A model generated the notes under the pieces. The model saw nothing but the letters and a program-made list of their open reading frames with translations, was not told the origin of the DNA and made no database searches. A stretch of 63,237 nucleotides of DNA, counting the filler, from Collodictyon triciliatum (taxonomy: Eukaryota): assembly GCA_043381765.1 (NCBI GenBank). It is 11 parts of 11 records of this genome, joined end to end, with 100 filler letters (N's around TTAATTAATTAA, not from the genome) between each part and the next. Parts side by side here need not be neighbours in the genome. Positions count along the whole stretch, not along the records: positions 35,807 to 41,669 come from JBHJMP010004881.1; positions 41,770 to 47,629 come from JBHJMP010004882.1; positions 47,730 to 53,589 come from JBHJMP010004883.1; 8 more parts are not named here. The stretch is one strand, 5' to 3'. This document shows positions 39,728 through 53,408 of this stretch, piece by piece. Within the stretch, counting starts at the first letter, position 1. Each line of letters starts with the position of its first letter. A program made the translations under genes and the position numbers.

Positions 39728-40758
39728 TTAGAACTCCACAGTAATAAGGTCGGATGGACATTCCTTCGTCTCGATGAACTCGGCATATTTGGCACAGCCC
39801 AAATACCAGACATAAGCAGCACCAACTACGCAGACGTGCCACCACTGATGGCTATGGAACTATAGAAAGTACAACGAGAAAAACAAAGTAAAAAGGAAGA
39901 AGAAAAAGGAGAAAGAATAGAAAAAAAAATGGTAGGAGGGATTTGTAAATGAAAAAAAATGTGAAATCATATTTTGGATTCACTTTACTTATCTACAAAG
40001 GTCAAACTCACCCAGATGTCAAATCGGCCAGGAATCCAGCACTCTGGGAACGCTGTCAGGTAAAAGAACAGGCCGATGCCGTACAACACAAACATCCCGA
40101 TAACATATCCCAGAAACATATCGCGCTCCTGGGCAGGCGCCAGCATGAGCCAATGGACAGACGGAATGATGCCCGAGAGAGTCATGGATATGTATATCAT
40201 TTGGCGATAGCGCTCGTTTTCAGGACGATGCATAAACTCGAGATAAGCCGCCAGAATACTGGCTCCAGCGAAGATGCAGATGCCTACAAGATAAGTCCAG
40301 ACCCAGTGGGTGTAGCAGTAGAAGCCGAGGTAGATAACCGGGAAGAATGAGGCGCAGATCTGAGCGGAAATCCCACACATGTCCAGCTTGAGAAAGCGGA
40401 AGAAAGCATGGTACGAGTGGCAGTTGAGGAGATGGTAGAGAACGGAAAAGCACATGCAGAGTTGCACCCCGCCAAGGTACAGCATCAAGATGTAGTTTTG
40501 CGCACCCGAGTCATAAAATCCGGTCCATATCACACGCCCAAGTGCAAACAGATTCAGCACCGTGAAGAGTCCGAGACCCGCAAGGTGAGTCCAGCAGTTT
40601 CCTGTCTCGTTGTGGACTCGAAACAGACTCTGGAAGCAGCGGTCGAACGAATAATACAGGCGGTATCCGTGTAAGATGTACGGACGGCGCCAGAGTTCTG
40701 GGATGGACCCGGCCGAAAGCAGCGGGAAAAGCTCTTCGTGCGGCATTGGATTGTTCAT
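39728..40758 (-). CDS. PAQR/AdipoR (HlyIII family) membrane protein; N-terminus probably extends upstream
   Basis: YILHGYR, SLFRVHNETGNCWTH, SVLYHLLNCHS, LDMCGIS, PECWIPGRFDIW | FHSHQWWHVCV (second exon ~39728-39859). Confidence 0.93.
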
Positions 40759-41596
40759 GGGATTGCAGTCTGCATCGCAGGTTCCGAAGGCGCTCGTTGG
40801 GTGGCATTCCTCGGCGACTGCTTGGTCCTCAAGAGGTGGCTGTTGGCGTCCGCTCGGCCTCGCTGGGTTTGGGGTGCGCCGCTTCTGTTGCTTTTGGGTG
40901 CGGATTACTCGATTTTGTGAGTATTTTTGGAATCTTTATATTTGGTTTAAGTTTTTATTGAGTTTTTCTGTGGGTATTTTTGAGGTCTTTATGTTGGTTT
41001 TGTCTTCTTTTCTTTTTTTTTTTAATAATAAATGAACTAGAAATCCTTTAGGTAATCGGCTACCTTGACCCGAAGTCGTACTGACCCAACCATTTCCTCT
41101 CTGCTTTTCAATTTTTAGGGGGTAGCTTTGCATTAAATAAGTTTTTCTCTTTTTTTCTTCTTCTCTTTTCTCTTTTTCTCTCTTTTTCTCTCTTTTTCTC
41201 TCTTTTTCTCTCTTTTTCTCTCTTTTTCTCTCTTTTTCTCTCTTTTTCTCTCTTTTTCTCTCTTTTTCTCCCTTTTTCTCTCTTATTTCTTCTTTTCTTC
41301 TTTTCTTCTTCTTCTTTTCTCTCTCTCTCTCTCTCCTTTTTTTTTCTTTTTTTCTTTTTTTCTTTTTTTCTTTTTTTCTTTTTTCCTCTTCTCAGAAGTC
41401 TTTGGAACACGAGCAGATGCGTTTGTTGGGTTTGACAGTTCGACTGATTTCCCCGTTGGATTTCCAATTTTTGTGGTTGTTAATATAACCCATAACATCG
41501 ACATTAATTTTCTATTTATGGATGAGGTTGAAACATACTAGAATTATCAAAATTCATTTTTGTGGAAAATAGAGCAAAGCCTGAAAACTGTTTTGA

Positions 41597-41669
<73 letters not shown>

Positions 41670-41769
41670 NNNNNNNNNNNNNNNNNNNNNNNNNNNNNNN
41701 NNNNNNNNNNNNNTTAATTAATTAANNNNNNNNNNNNNNNNNNNNNNNNNNNNNNNNNNNNNNNNNNNN

Positions 41770-42334
41770 GTGTGTGCGTATACTGTGCCGAGTCACTTTC
41801 ACGCCATTCAAAAGGCACTCAGCCTGGTTTGGAGAATATGAAGGTCATTCTGGAGACTGGCAGATAGTCTCTTGCAAATGCTGTCAAAACCGCTGTCGTT
41901 CTCCGTGAAACGAAAGACTTTGCAGTGATTAACAAAATCCCGTTCCATATATAATCATTCACTGGATAGATTATTGACACATGCCATCATCAGAAAAGCT
42001 TGAATCCAAATCTCATTCTTTGCAGTCTTTTCATGTATGTCATTTATCTCGTATAGCCTATCTGATACCTTATTATTTTTCTACCGATGTATCTTGTGTT
42101 CTTGGCAATCAGGAGATAGCAAAAACTTTACACAGCATAAAACTGCCATTCCTAATCTTCATCAAGAAACCTCCCGCCCACGCCTGTTACGCAGCCGTCG
42201 GCCTTCCTCGTGATGCCCATGTTGATATGGAATGCATCGCCGTCCTCAATCCCAAGGAAACACGATCGCATCGACCAATGGAGAGCCAGCAAACACTCAT
42301 ATATAAACCAGGATTAAAAGAAAAAGAAATGTAA
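41770..42334 (+). pseudogene. RidA/YjgF/UK114 family fragment, probably inactive
   Basis: LENMKVILETGR*SLANAVKTAVVL..KDFAVINKI and KPPAHACYAAVGLPRDAHVDMECIAV; in-frame TAG, and the canonical PAR Arg appears as His. Confidence 0.7.
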
Positions 42335-44356
42335 AAGATTTAGTGGCGTTGCAGATGTACTTCCACCCTTAGTTAACGAATCTCAATTCACCGAATAGGC
42401 TGTATTTCCATGAATCTTCAGTCTTTCCAGATCAAACGGATTTCTTCGATCAAGCAGAATCACAACAATCAACAGGAAATCGCAGCAACTCACAAAGCAG
42501 GAAAGCCAGAGATGAAGCAGACTGAAACGTTGCATATCGCTTTCAAGACGAGCGTGTTGTGAAGAGCCCCAAATAACAGCAGCATAAATACTGTCTTTAC
42601 TGCGCGGTGAAATACGCTGGAGAAGAAACTGATGTCGACTGCGTGTCCAACCTCGGGCTTTCCTAGCAACTGTTCGAGCCGATCGCTGGCAGCACACCGT
42701 GTCCTTTGAGGATCTCGTCGAAATCAGGGAAAAGAGTAAGAATTGAATATTTTCTTTTCCTTCTCCTTTTTCTTTATTTGTTTCCTTTATTTGTTTTCGT
42801 TTTCGTTTTCGTTTTCGTTTTACCTTTCCTTTTACTTTTTTGTTTTCCTTTTTCCATTTTATTTTTCGTTTTTTCGTTTTTCGTTTTTTTTTCGCTTCTC
42901 CTTTTCGTTTCTTTTTCTTTTTTGTTTTCCTTTTCCTTTTACTTTTCCTCTTCCTTTTTTCCTTTTCGTTTTTTATTAGTTTACTTTATTTTTTTCGTTT
43001 TCTTTGTGTTTCTTTTCATTATTCTTTCATCTTTCGGTTTGGTTGTCTTTTCCTTTCGTTTTTCTCTTCATTTTCGGTTCCTTCTTTTTTTTCTTCCTTA
43101 TCTTTTCTATTTATACGCAAAAAGCGTCGCTCCTTTCTTGCTTCATTGTTAGTATGTTTATTGTCAAAGAGCGACTATCTAAACCAGAGGAGTCATTTTA
43201 CACACCCACACGTCACATATCAGCTGTACTTGGGTTATCGCGTTGGTCTCCGCACATTTTTCTCAACTTGTGTATGAATCTTAATTCGTTGCTGCCACTA
43301 AAGCATCATGTCTGATGGAGGATACATATGAATTATACAAAACTCGTGACATTCTCGTATCCGATTATATCAAAACACAAGCATACAAAAGCTCAGTTAT
43401 TATGAATATCCGAAAAAATTGCCATATAAAAGAAAGCGGAAAATCAAGGAATGTCCATGACTGCAGAAGCTCACTTATTGAAATTCACGACAAATGGATG
43501 ACAACCGAGGCGATAATATACCCTCACTCAAACACGCCTATCACCACAACGATGATGGATTGCAAGAAGATTGAACCAGGACTGGGTAAAACTGCGTGTG
43601 CAGTTGGTAATTGTGCAAAGCCATGTAGAAGAAATCGAAAAAATAGAAAAAAAACATGCAAAATCAACTGAACAAAAACATAATTTGAACAAAGTTTCCA
43701 TGTGCTGGTAACGCTGCTCGTTTGTAATGATTCATACATTAGCGGGCTTCTTGGCTACGAGATGGAACGATTTACGATGGGCCTGCATGCAAGGTTCTCT
43801 GTTTGCCATTTCCTCAACTTGTTTTATTTTCTATTTCTACAAGGTGGTCGAGTTTTTATCCTCGGTTTTCTAACCTTTGCTCATATGGGCACTCACTGGC
43901 ACCCGATTGGTGAAGTAGTTGGTGATCAGGAATTGCATCTCACGGTTTGGTCTGTGGCCTGTGTCTTGTGACTGCATGAGAGGTAAAGCGAGGTTTAATT
44001 TCTTTTTTTCAGTCTCTTTCCACATGTCTCTTCTCACAGGGTCTGAGTATCGAAGAATGGACTAGACAAGCTTTTAAGGAAAGAAATAAAATAAACAACC
44101 ATATGAACTAAATAGTGAAAAAAAAATATTATGTTTGTGTCAGATTATGTTATTTCGTGACACTGAAATCATTCATGAAAATATGCTGGTAATTTGCACT
44201 TTGCTAAATATTGACATAAGTCTTGACGTACTTATGGTTTCTCGTTTTATTATCAGTATTTAATTATTTTTAACTCCTCCATCTATTGTTTATTTAACAT
44301 ATGCTTATATTTCCCAAAAAAATGCAATTGTTTATCATTACGTGTTTTCTGCTGTG

Positions 44357-44452
44357 TGTGTATGTATGTATGTATGTATGTATGTATGTATGTATGTATG
44401 TATGTATGTATGTATGTATGTATGTATGTATGTATGTATGTATGTATGTATG
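44357..44452. repeat. (TATG)n microsatellite
   Basis: Perfect tetramer run. Confidence 0.95.
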
Positions 44453-45973
44453 TTGTCTCGAAATATTTGTCCAAGTGCTCTTAAAATAAGTAAAAACAAA
44501 CCATACATAAAAAAACGACCGGTATTTGTGGCGGGGAAGCATCCCATTCTTAACGCTACTTGCTTGGTACAAACATGATTAGTTGACAGCGCGAGCTTTT
44601 TCTTCTTGTTTATTTACCAACCCTCTCAATCGCAATAGAGCATCTTCGAGAACCAGTTTAGGCACAGAAAGTGCTGCAGGTATTCCTCGAGAGTGGTAGG
44701 ATGCCCGAACCACGGAAGAGATCTTTGCAGTCGAGAGTGTTGTTCTCCAGCTTCGGATAATTGCGAACCCAACGGAAACCAGAGAACGGATGAAGTCTTG
44801 GACAAAAATATCAGGTTGAAAAAACCAAATGACAGATTTTATCCACATTTGCATAAAAGATTTTATATGAAAAATATACGAAAATGGAAATGAATTCAAA
44901 AGGAATTATACGAATGTGGGATATATATCATGCATCCTTTCTAACCGCTTTGATACAGTATAAGTTTCATACAGATGATGCAATTAATGTACTTACACAA
45001 TTTCCACCCAATTCAATTATATCTCAGTCTTAACAGAATAAACCCAGTAGCTCTAGTGGGTAAGATGCAGCGGACGAATTATTTCGCCTGCGTCGACCTT
45101 TCCTTTTTCGGCAACTCGTTTCTCTGTTATTGTGTCACCTCGAACTCTAAAGCAAATAATATACTGAACAGCCTCCGGCACACAACACACACACGCGAAG
45201 AAAAAACCCCAATAAACAAACCCTTAAAACCCACCCACGCACACAGAATCTGCAGCCACGCCCACCCTCCGGTCCGACGGCTCTGTGCTATCCTCCGCTT
45301 CTGCTTCTGCTTCGCTTATCTGTCCCGCCTGAGAATGCGCTGCTGCTGTGCAACTTAACATGTCCTTTCCGATGGGTAGGTGCAGTGGCCTTTTCCTTTT
45401 CCTTTTCCTTTTCCTTTTCCTTTTCCTTTTCCTTTTCCTTTCCCTTTCCCTTTTCCTTTTCCTTTTCCTTTCCCTTTTCCTTTTCCTTTTCCTTTTCCTT
45501 TTCCTTTTCCATTTCCATTTCCATTTCCTTTTCCTTTTCCTTTTCTTTAGTTTTTCTTCTTTTCTTCTTTTCTTCTTGTTCTTCTTTTTCTTCTTTTTCT
45601 TCTTTTTCTTCTTTTTCTTCTTTTTCTTCTTTTTCTTCTTTTTCTTCTTTTTCTTCTTTTTCTTCTTTTTCTTCTTTTTTTCCTTTTCTATTTTCCTCTT
45701 TCTCTTTCGCTTTTCTCTTTCGTTTTTCTTTTTTATTCAATTTTCCTTTTATTATTTGTTCGTCATCATCTCATAACCATTTTTTTTGTTGTCCTTTTGT
45801 ACTTCTAACCAGCTTAATCAAGCTTCTGCATTGATATCTAAATTACATGAAATTATTCATATTTATGCTTTCCTTTCTGCATGTCGATCAATCTCGTCAA
45901 TAAAATACAATTTCAGAAGTTTCATACTGTTGTTGTGATTAACACCGAATCGCTCATACGCATGCAATCTTAG

Positions 45974-47470
45974 CCTGTCACTTTATTAACTGCGCATCAA
46001 CGCCCACTCGACGCTTTATGCTTCAATTTTGCCCCACATTTTCTCGGATTCAGGAATCGATAATCCCGTTAGACAATATCAAAAACATATAAACCAGTAT
46101 ATATCATCAATTATCTACAATTTATAATTAATTATCTGTAATTCAAACGCTTAGTCATAGAAGTTGTTTTATTTGGATTATGATTAGTTGTTTCAAATGT
46201 GTGCTGTTATAAAGGACGTAATGCTGTTTCGTGATATTCTCCGAACCCCAGATACACGTTTGTTATGCTTGATTATGTTATGTTATCTTATGAACATTTT
46301 CCCATTTTCTTATGTTCATTTAGAGTTAACTCATAAAAAATACAGTATCATCCAACGATTTGATATCTCTTCTATCATTATTATTGGTATTGTTTTTATT
46401 GTTTACAAAGCTGATGCACAATTGCATACCATTTCACGGGACTATGTTGATGCATTCTTCATAACATGCGACCCAACCGGAACCTTTGTCGGACTGGCCG
46501 CTGATAATACATATGACATCTTTCAAGTTTCGGTACACCTTTCTTGTAAATTTTTTTTTAAAAAAAATTGAATTATTTATCCGTCAGAAAATTCTTTTTT
46601 TTATTGGCTAATTGAATTCCTTGTTATATGTTTCTTAATTAAAAACTCAGGGAGTGAAAAGTCTTTATCTGTCTATATCTCGATACAAATCAATCTGATT
46701 CATATTTTTAGACAAACAAGCATATTATCCCTCTCGAAGGGTCATGAACGAATAATCACATGTGCTGTTTTTGGCGGCAAAAAGGACGAGTTTCTAGTGA
46801 CCTGCAGCGAAGATAGAAGCTTCAAAGTATGGAATCTCCTTCAGAAACAGCTTGTTTACCAAAGTGGTATTCTGTCCACATCGCCGTTGTTGTCCTTGGC
46901 TATTTACGCAGACAATGAGCGATTTGTGGTGGGCTCTGCTGACGGAAAGGTTTCATATATACTGAGTTTTTCTGTTTGTTCTGTTATGCTTCTTTGAGAC
47001 TTGATTAATAATAATAATAATCCACTATCGATCTCCACTCATAGCTCTTTTATGTTTCATACTTCTCTCTCTTTGGAGGAAATATCAATCAACTTAACCA
47101 CAATCATGCTATAGAACACAATTTTGTCAATATTCAAGTCGTTGCTATGGAGAATTCATAATGAGGGACTTTTATTTTGTGCATCTAGCTCAGATGCTAC
47201 AAGCTAGACCCCAGCAATGGTCATGGAGGTCGCTGTCTCCGTGAATTGAACTTACATGCATAGGTTTCAGCCAGGCTTTCCAAAGAAATCGATGGCCAAG
47301 CGGACTCTGAACCTGTCGTGATATCGAGCGTTTCTCCTTGGAAACAAAATGGCATAATCAATTCCTGCAGAGGAATATTTTCCCCCCAAACCACAAGGTG
47401 GACTGTTCCATTCTTTCCCTTCATTTATTTCCTTTCGCTGCAGACCAAACACCACACCATAACGGCGAAG
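45974..47470 (+). pseudogene. WDR27: WDR27-like WD40 protein, intron-retaining, with inactivating lesions
   Basis: LEGHER...LVTCSEDRSFKVWNLLQKQLVYQSGILSTSPLLSLAI...FVVGSADGK|LRCYKL resembles WDR27; in-frame TAG at 47261, probable TAA at 46061 and a probable +1 frameshift at ~46739. Confidence 0.6.
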
Positions 47471-47748
47471 ACGAAAGTATATTTGATATTGACCAGACTT
47501 TGTAATGTTCATATATATATGTTCATATTTGAACTGGTCACAAATTCACTATACGCATAAATGTTGTGTTCATTATTCCATCAAAATGCCACTTTCTTTC
47601 TCGTCTCTTTTTTAATGGAGTTTACTTCANNNNNNNNNNNNNNNNNNNNNNNNNNNNNNNNNNNNNNNNNNNNTTAATTAATTAANNNNNNNNNNNNNNN
47701 NNNNNNNNNNNNNNNNNNNNNNNNNNNNNGGCTATATTCTATGATCAT

Positions 47749-47862
<114 letters not shown>

Positions 47863-47990
47863 CGTCAATAGATGTGTCAATCAACCTGACTTACTATATA
47901 TCCCAATGTAAAACTTATGTTATCTAAGAAAGGAAAAAACAATCAAGTCGCATGATATGTATTTATCTATATTTTATCTTGAATGTATAG

Positions 47991-49599
47991 AACCGATGAA
48001 TATCATAGACCTGATTGCGATACTGCCCTTCTATTTGGAGCTGATATTTTCAGCAGTAATATCACAAAATAACCATTTATTATCCACTTCAATGATATAT
48101 ACCTGCCAAAGCCTTTCCTTTTTTCTTTTATTTCGCTTTGCAAACATTACCTTACTTTTTTTTAAATAGGGATTCTCTGGTTTGAGAGTTCTTCGGACGA
48201 TTCGATTGGTTCGTGTATTTCGAGTTCTCCGTCTAGGAAAATACTCTAAAGGATTTCAGGTATATATCAGAAACCTGGTGCGTTACTTAGTACACGTAAA
48301 TTTACATTTTTACCTCCTAAAAAATGGGTGATAAGAAGAAGAGGAGAAGAAAACGTAATAAACTATAATTGATGAATTTTCTTGATTTCATAAACTTCTA
48401 GATTGTCATCAGGACACTGATAAAGTCAAGGTCTCCGCTCTTTCTGCTCATATTTATTTTGGGCTTCTTCATGGTCATATTTTCATCCATGATATACTAT
48501 ATCGAACGTGGAACTTTCAATGATGGAAGATTCTGCAGAACACTGATAGATGGTGTCTGTGAGCCAAGGTTATAATATGTATTGCGTAAAAGAAAGCATA
48601 ATTACATAAATCGATGTAGACATGGCGTATGAAGCATCAAAACTGCGGCCCTTTTTTGACTCTATACTAACTTTTTTTAATTATAAAACAAGTCCGTTTG
48701 ATAGCATAATTGCCAGTTTATGGTGGTCGATCATCACTCTGACTACAATTGGTTATGGTGATAGCAAACCATTCATGCGACTATATATCCTGCCCATTTG
48801 TTTTTTTATTTTAAAAAAAAGTGATATCACATCCATATTGGTCGATAATTATAACTTTAACAATCACACAGGTGATATCTACCCTACTACAAATGCAGGA
48901 AAGTTTGTATCATGTGTAACTGCGATATGTGGAGTCGTGGTATGTTTTATTTGATTTAAATATATAATTGCATATTTTTGTGTATCATCTTTTTCATATC
49001 CATATGTTCAATTACTTGTGTTTCTATTTTAAACAAATCCACATAACTAGTTGTCACATTATTTTCAATATTTCTGTACTTATCGCTATACACGCAACAC
49101 ATGAGAAAATAATTGATGTTCAACCATACTAGGCACTTGCTTTTCCGATAACAATATTGGGTAAAGTTAGGCATATCATTTTGCTTATAATTAACATTAC
49201 GAAGCTATTTCCTGTTATAGCAAGAACTATAAGATGAATCCCTGACATCGTTGATTTTTATTTAAGGGAATAATTTTGCTGAAGAATGGAGTCAGAGCTA
49301 TCCCCAGAAACCCAGAAACTCGATAATACCAGCGAATTCTGTATATTTTTTCTACGCGTATTCGAACAAAGTATCTTGTGAATTCTAACGCCATATTCAC
49401 GGGTGACTAGAGCGTACCGACAGACGAGGCCGACTTGAATGGCGACCGAAAATCTATTCGAGACAAGATATTTCGACTTTTTGAATACCCTGATTCTTCA
49501 ACTCCTGTGAGTATTATTAATCTTGACCAGTTCGCAATTCATTAATCGTACGTCATTTTATCATATAATTTATTTGATGTACGAGTGGTCTGATTTTCC

Positions 49600-49674
<75 letters not shown>

Positions 49675-52600
49675 NNNNNNNNNNNNNNNNNNNNNNNNNN
49701 NNNNNNNNNNNNNNNNNNNNNNNNNNNNNNNNNNNNNNNNNNNNNNNNNNNNNNNNNNNNNNNNNNNNNNNNNNNNNNNNNNNNNNNNNNNNNNNNNNNN
49801 NNNNNNNNNNNNNNNNNNNNNNNNNNNNNNNNNNNNNNNNNNNNNNNNNNNNNNNNNNNNNNNNNNNNNNNNNNNNNNNNNNNNNNNNNNNNNNNNNNNN
49901 NNNNNNNNNNNNNNNNNNNNNNNNNNNNNNNNNNNNNNNNNNNNNNNNNNNNNNNNNNNNNNNNNNNNNNNNNNNNNNNNNNNNNNNNNNNNNNNNNNNN
50001 NNNNNNNNNNNNNNNNNNNNNNNNNNNNNNNNNNNNNNNNNNNNNNNNNNNNNNNNNNNNNNNNNNNNNNNNNNNNNNNNNNNNNNNNNNNNNNNNNNNN
50101 NNNNNNNNNNNNNNNNNNNNNNNNNNNNNNNNNNNNNNNNNNNNNNNNNNNNNNNNNNNNNNNNNNNNNNNNNNNNNNNNNNNNNNNNNNNNNNNNNNNN
50201 NNNNNNNNNNNNNNNNNNNNNNNNNNNNNNNNNNNNNNNNNNNNNNNNNNNNNNNNNNNNNNNNNNNNNNNNNNNNNNNNNNNNNNNNNNNNNNNNNNNN
50301 NNNNNNNNNNNNNNNNNNNNNNNNNNNNNNNNNNNNNNNNNNNNNNNNNNNNNNNNNNNNNNNNNNNNNNNNNNNNNNNNNNNNNNNNNNNNNNNNNNNN
50401 NNNNNNNNNNNNNNNNNNNNNNNNNNNNNNNNNNNNNNNNNNNNNNNNNNNNNNNNNNNNNNNNNNNNNNNNNNNNNNNNNNNNNNNNNNNNNNNNNNNN
50501 NNNNNNNNNNNNNNNNNNNNNNNNNNNNNNNNNNNNNNNNNNNNNNNNNNNNNNNNNNNNNNTAATAATAATGATAATGATAATAATAATGATAATAATA
50601 ATGATAATAATAATGATAATAATAATGATAATAATAATGATAATAATAATGATAATGATAATGATAATAATAATGATAATAATAATAATAATGATAATGA
50701 TAATAATAATAATGATAATGATAATAATAATAATGATAATGATGATGATGCTCAACAAAATGAAATTGGATACAGGCTTTTTTCATCTGCTCATTTTACT
50801 TCGCTTTGATTATCGCATCAATCGTATTACTTTGCTATGATAGCACTCTTGGCGGGGATAATGAAAAATTGTTAGTATAAATTATGATATACACAACAAT
50901 TTTTTTTGAAGCTTACAATAACTTCTGTACGCAAACTCTATATCGAATTAAGTAAAAAAAAAATAATAATTACATGCGCACACATTATTTTTATTTTTCT
51001 TCTGGCATCTGCCAATATTTGTTTTATTTTGATCCAAAGCATATACAACCCTTACTTTTTGTTGCTAAATGTGGATTAACACATCATGAACTAATGGGTT
51101 AGTTTTTGGGCTGAAACAACCTTTGCGGTATTCTTTACAATCGATTTATTTGCCCGTGTCTTTTGTGCTCCGAATCCAAAGAAGTATATACTGTGTAAGT
51201 AAAATTGATCCAATTATTTGTCATGCTATCTCCAAACCGATAGCTTATTTTCGATAATAAATGAGTTTTTCAGGTGAACTTATATTTACATTTTGTCATG
51301 TATAATACCAATAATACCAATAATAATAAATGTGGGTGATTGTAGCATTCTTTGTGTTAATCGATCTTGCGTCCATTCTTCCGTTCTACATGGATTTTTT
51401 CCTTTCAAATGTAAGAGTATTACGCATAGCTCTCTTATACGAAGATATTTTACAAAAAAATAATATAAAATAAATAATCCTATGATTTGAACCCTTTTCA
51501 GTCGTATGCCAAGTCGATTAACTCGCACCTTTCTTGATTATTTTCTTTTGAATATTATGTCTTGTAGGATATTAAGGTTTTGCTTATTCTTCGTGTGGCT
51601 CGCCTTGTTCGAATATTCCGTATCATCAAGCTGTCCAAATTCTACTCTAGTTTTTTGGTTTGTATTACGTATTTTTATTGAACATTAATGATATTCAATC
51701 CTAATAATTTTGTAAATTTCTCTATCAGGGCTTTGGTAGGGCTACAAACATTTTTCCGAAATTCATGAATAAAAAATAATGCAATTATATTTACATACAC
51801 CAGGCTGTTATCAATACTGTCCAAAAGTGCATCGATTCACTCTATTTGCTCTTGTTTCTACTCTTCATCGAAGTAATTCTTTTCTCGTCCATCCTTTATT
51901 ATGTGGAACGTGGTGAATTTGAAAATGGGGAATGGATAATGGATGGTCGCAGGTAAAAAAAACAACAACTGATTATATATACCTGAAATAAATTAAAATG
52001 AACATATCATGAAATATGATCGGTCATACCCAAACTTATCATCGTAATACACATCACCAAATGAACTATATTGAAATTTTTCTGTCGCACATTTTCTATA
52101 TTTATGACCACTTCTCCGGCTTCCATTATGAAAACAACTTATCCCATAGTATCCCCCCTTCTTAGCACAATTCTAATCATTGAAAAAAATAATTAGGAGT
52201 GAGTTTCAAAGTATTCCTGACACCGCATGGTGGGCGATTGTGACTTTTACAACGGTGGGATATGGTAAACTCAAAATCGTAAATAAGTTACCTTCATTAG
52301 CTGCTTATATCCTTTGTATATTCTTATCACAGGTGATAAATATCCCGTAACAGCACTCGGGAAAGTGGTCGTTGGAATAGCATCAATTTTCGGTGTTATG
52401 GCAAGCATTTGGCTTTCTACACTAATATATATATAGCTTTGGGACTCTCGATCAATATGCGTTCTCAGCAAACTATCTTTCTTTATCTTTCCGTCTCATG
52501 AAATTGTAAAGCATTATATTTAACCTGCGGTTTTGGTTTAGTGTCATTTTTTTTAACAATAAATCACCATGTAACAGAGTGTTGCATTTCCCATCACAAT

Positions 52601-53408
52601 TATCAGCAATACATTTTCGGATGAGTGGAAAAGCACTGTCGGAATGAAGTCGATGCTGGTAGCCATTGAAAAAAAGCAAAAGAAATCGAGCATAAATATC
52701 ATATAAATATGACGCACAAGTTGTTTTCTTGAATAATGTGAAATTCATAATATATTTATCGTTCTCAAAAATATGATTGTATACAAACAGACAACGACAA
52801 GATTCAACTTTTCTTTCCTCTCTGTAAGTCTGTGGATAATTAATTAATTCATTTATTATTACGACGATTCAAAAGCCTTTTGTTATTTCTTCAAGTATTA
52901 AATATCCTGCATTATCATACGAACTATTTGCGTTCATTTATATGGTTTTATACATCAATCAGTTCACATTTGATTAAAAATTTATTTACTTATTTAAACA
53001 AACTAGCCAACGATAGTACCAATATCCACAGATTCTCCGTTGAAGAAAAAAGTGAGAGCAATTCTCAATTCTCCCAAGACACCAAAGGTTATTCATTGCC
53101 AGAGCCAAAGTGGCGCCTATCTACCATAAAATACCTTAAACACAAATATATAAACTCCACACTGATGATTCGCCATTTCACGTTTTATTCATTCTTTGTT
53201 TCTTTGTTTCTATGTTTCTATGTTTCTATGTTTATGTTTCCTATTATTGCATGAATTATAAGACACCCTATTACATCATACCTGACCATTCAAACTTTTC
53301 ATCCAACTTCAGGAGAAAATGTGCAACCTGTTTATTCAATTGCTCGCACTGGGCTCTGTTATACTCGCTGTTATATCGACTCTCGATTATTACCAGAACC
53401 GCGGGGAT
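47991..53408 (+). CDS. Multi-domain voltage-gated K+ channel (Shaker/Kv-like): partial domain A, complete domain B, start of domain C in one reading frame; partial at both ends
   Basis: [147 protein letters not shown]. Confidence 0.88.
49675..50561. other. Internal scaffold gap flanked by (AAT)n/(ATG)n repeats, inside a K+ channel intron
   Basis: 887 N between microsatellites. Confidence 0.99.

Noticed and set aside
42383-45360. Short ORFs between the RidA and WDR27 remnants
   Set aside because: No recognisable motifs and no consistent splice model could be built
41860-47263. Several in-frame TAG/TAA codons suggesting stop-codon reassignment
   Set aside because: Intact genes end in TAG (PYM1, Myb), TAA (RagC, kinase) and TGA (PHB1, ligase); the long ORFs have no internal TAR; the affected genes carry other lesions
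51729-51735. Possible 7-nt micro-exon in the K+ channel
   Set aside because: The frame is satisfied without it using the donor after SSFL (51658), which matches the intron position in domain A
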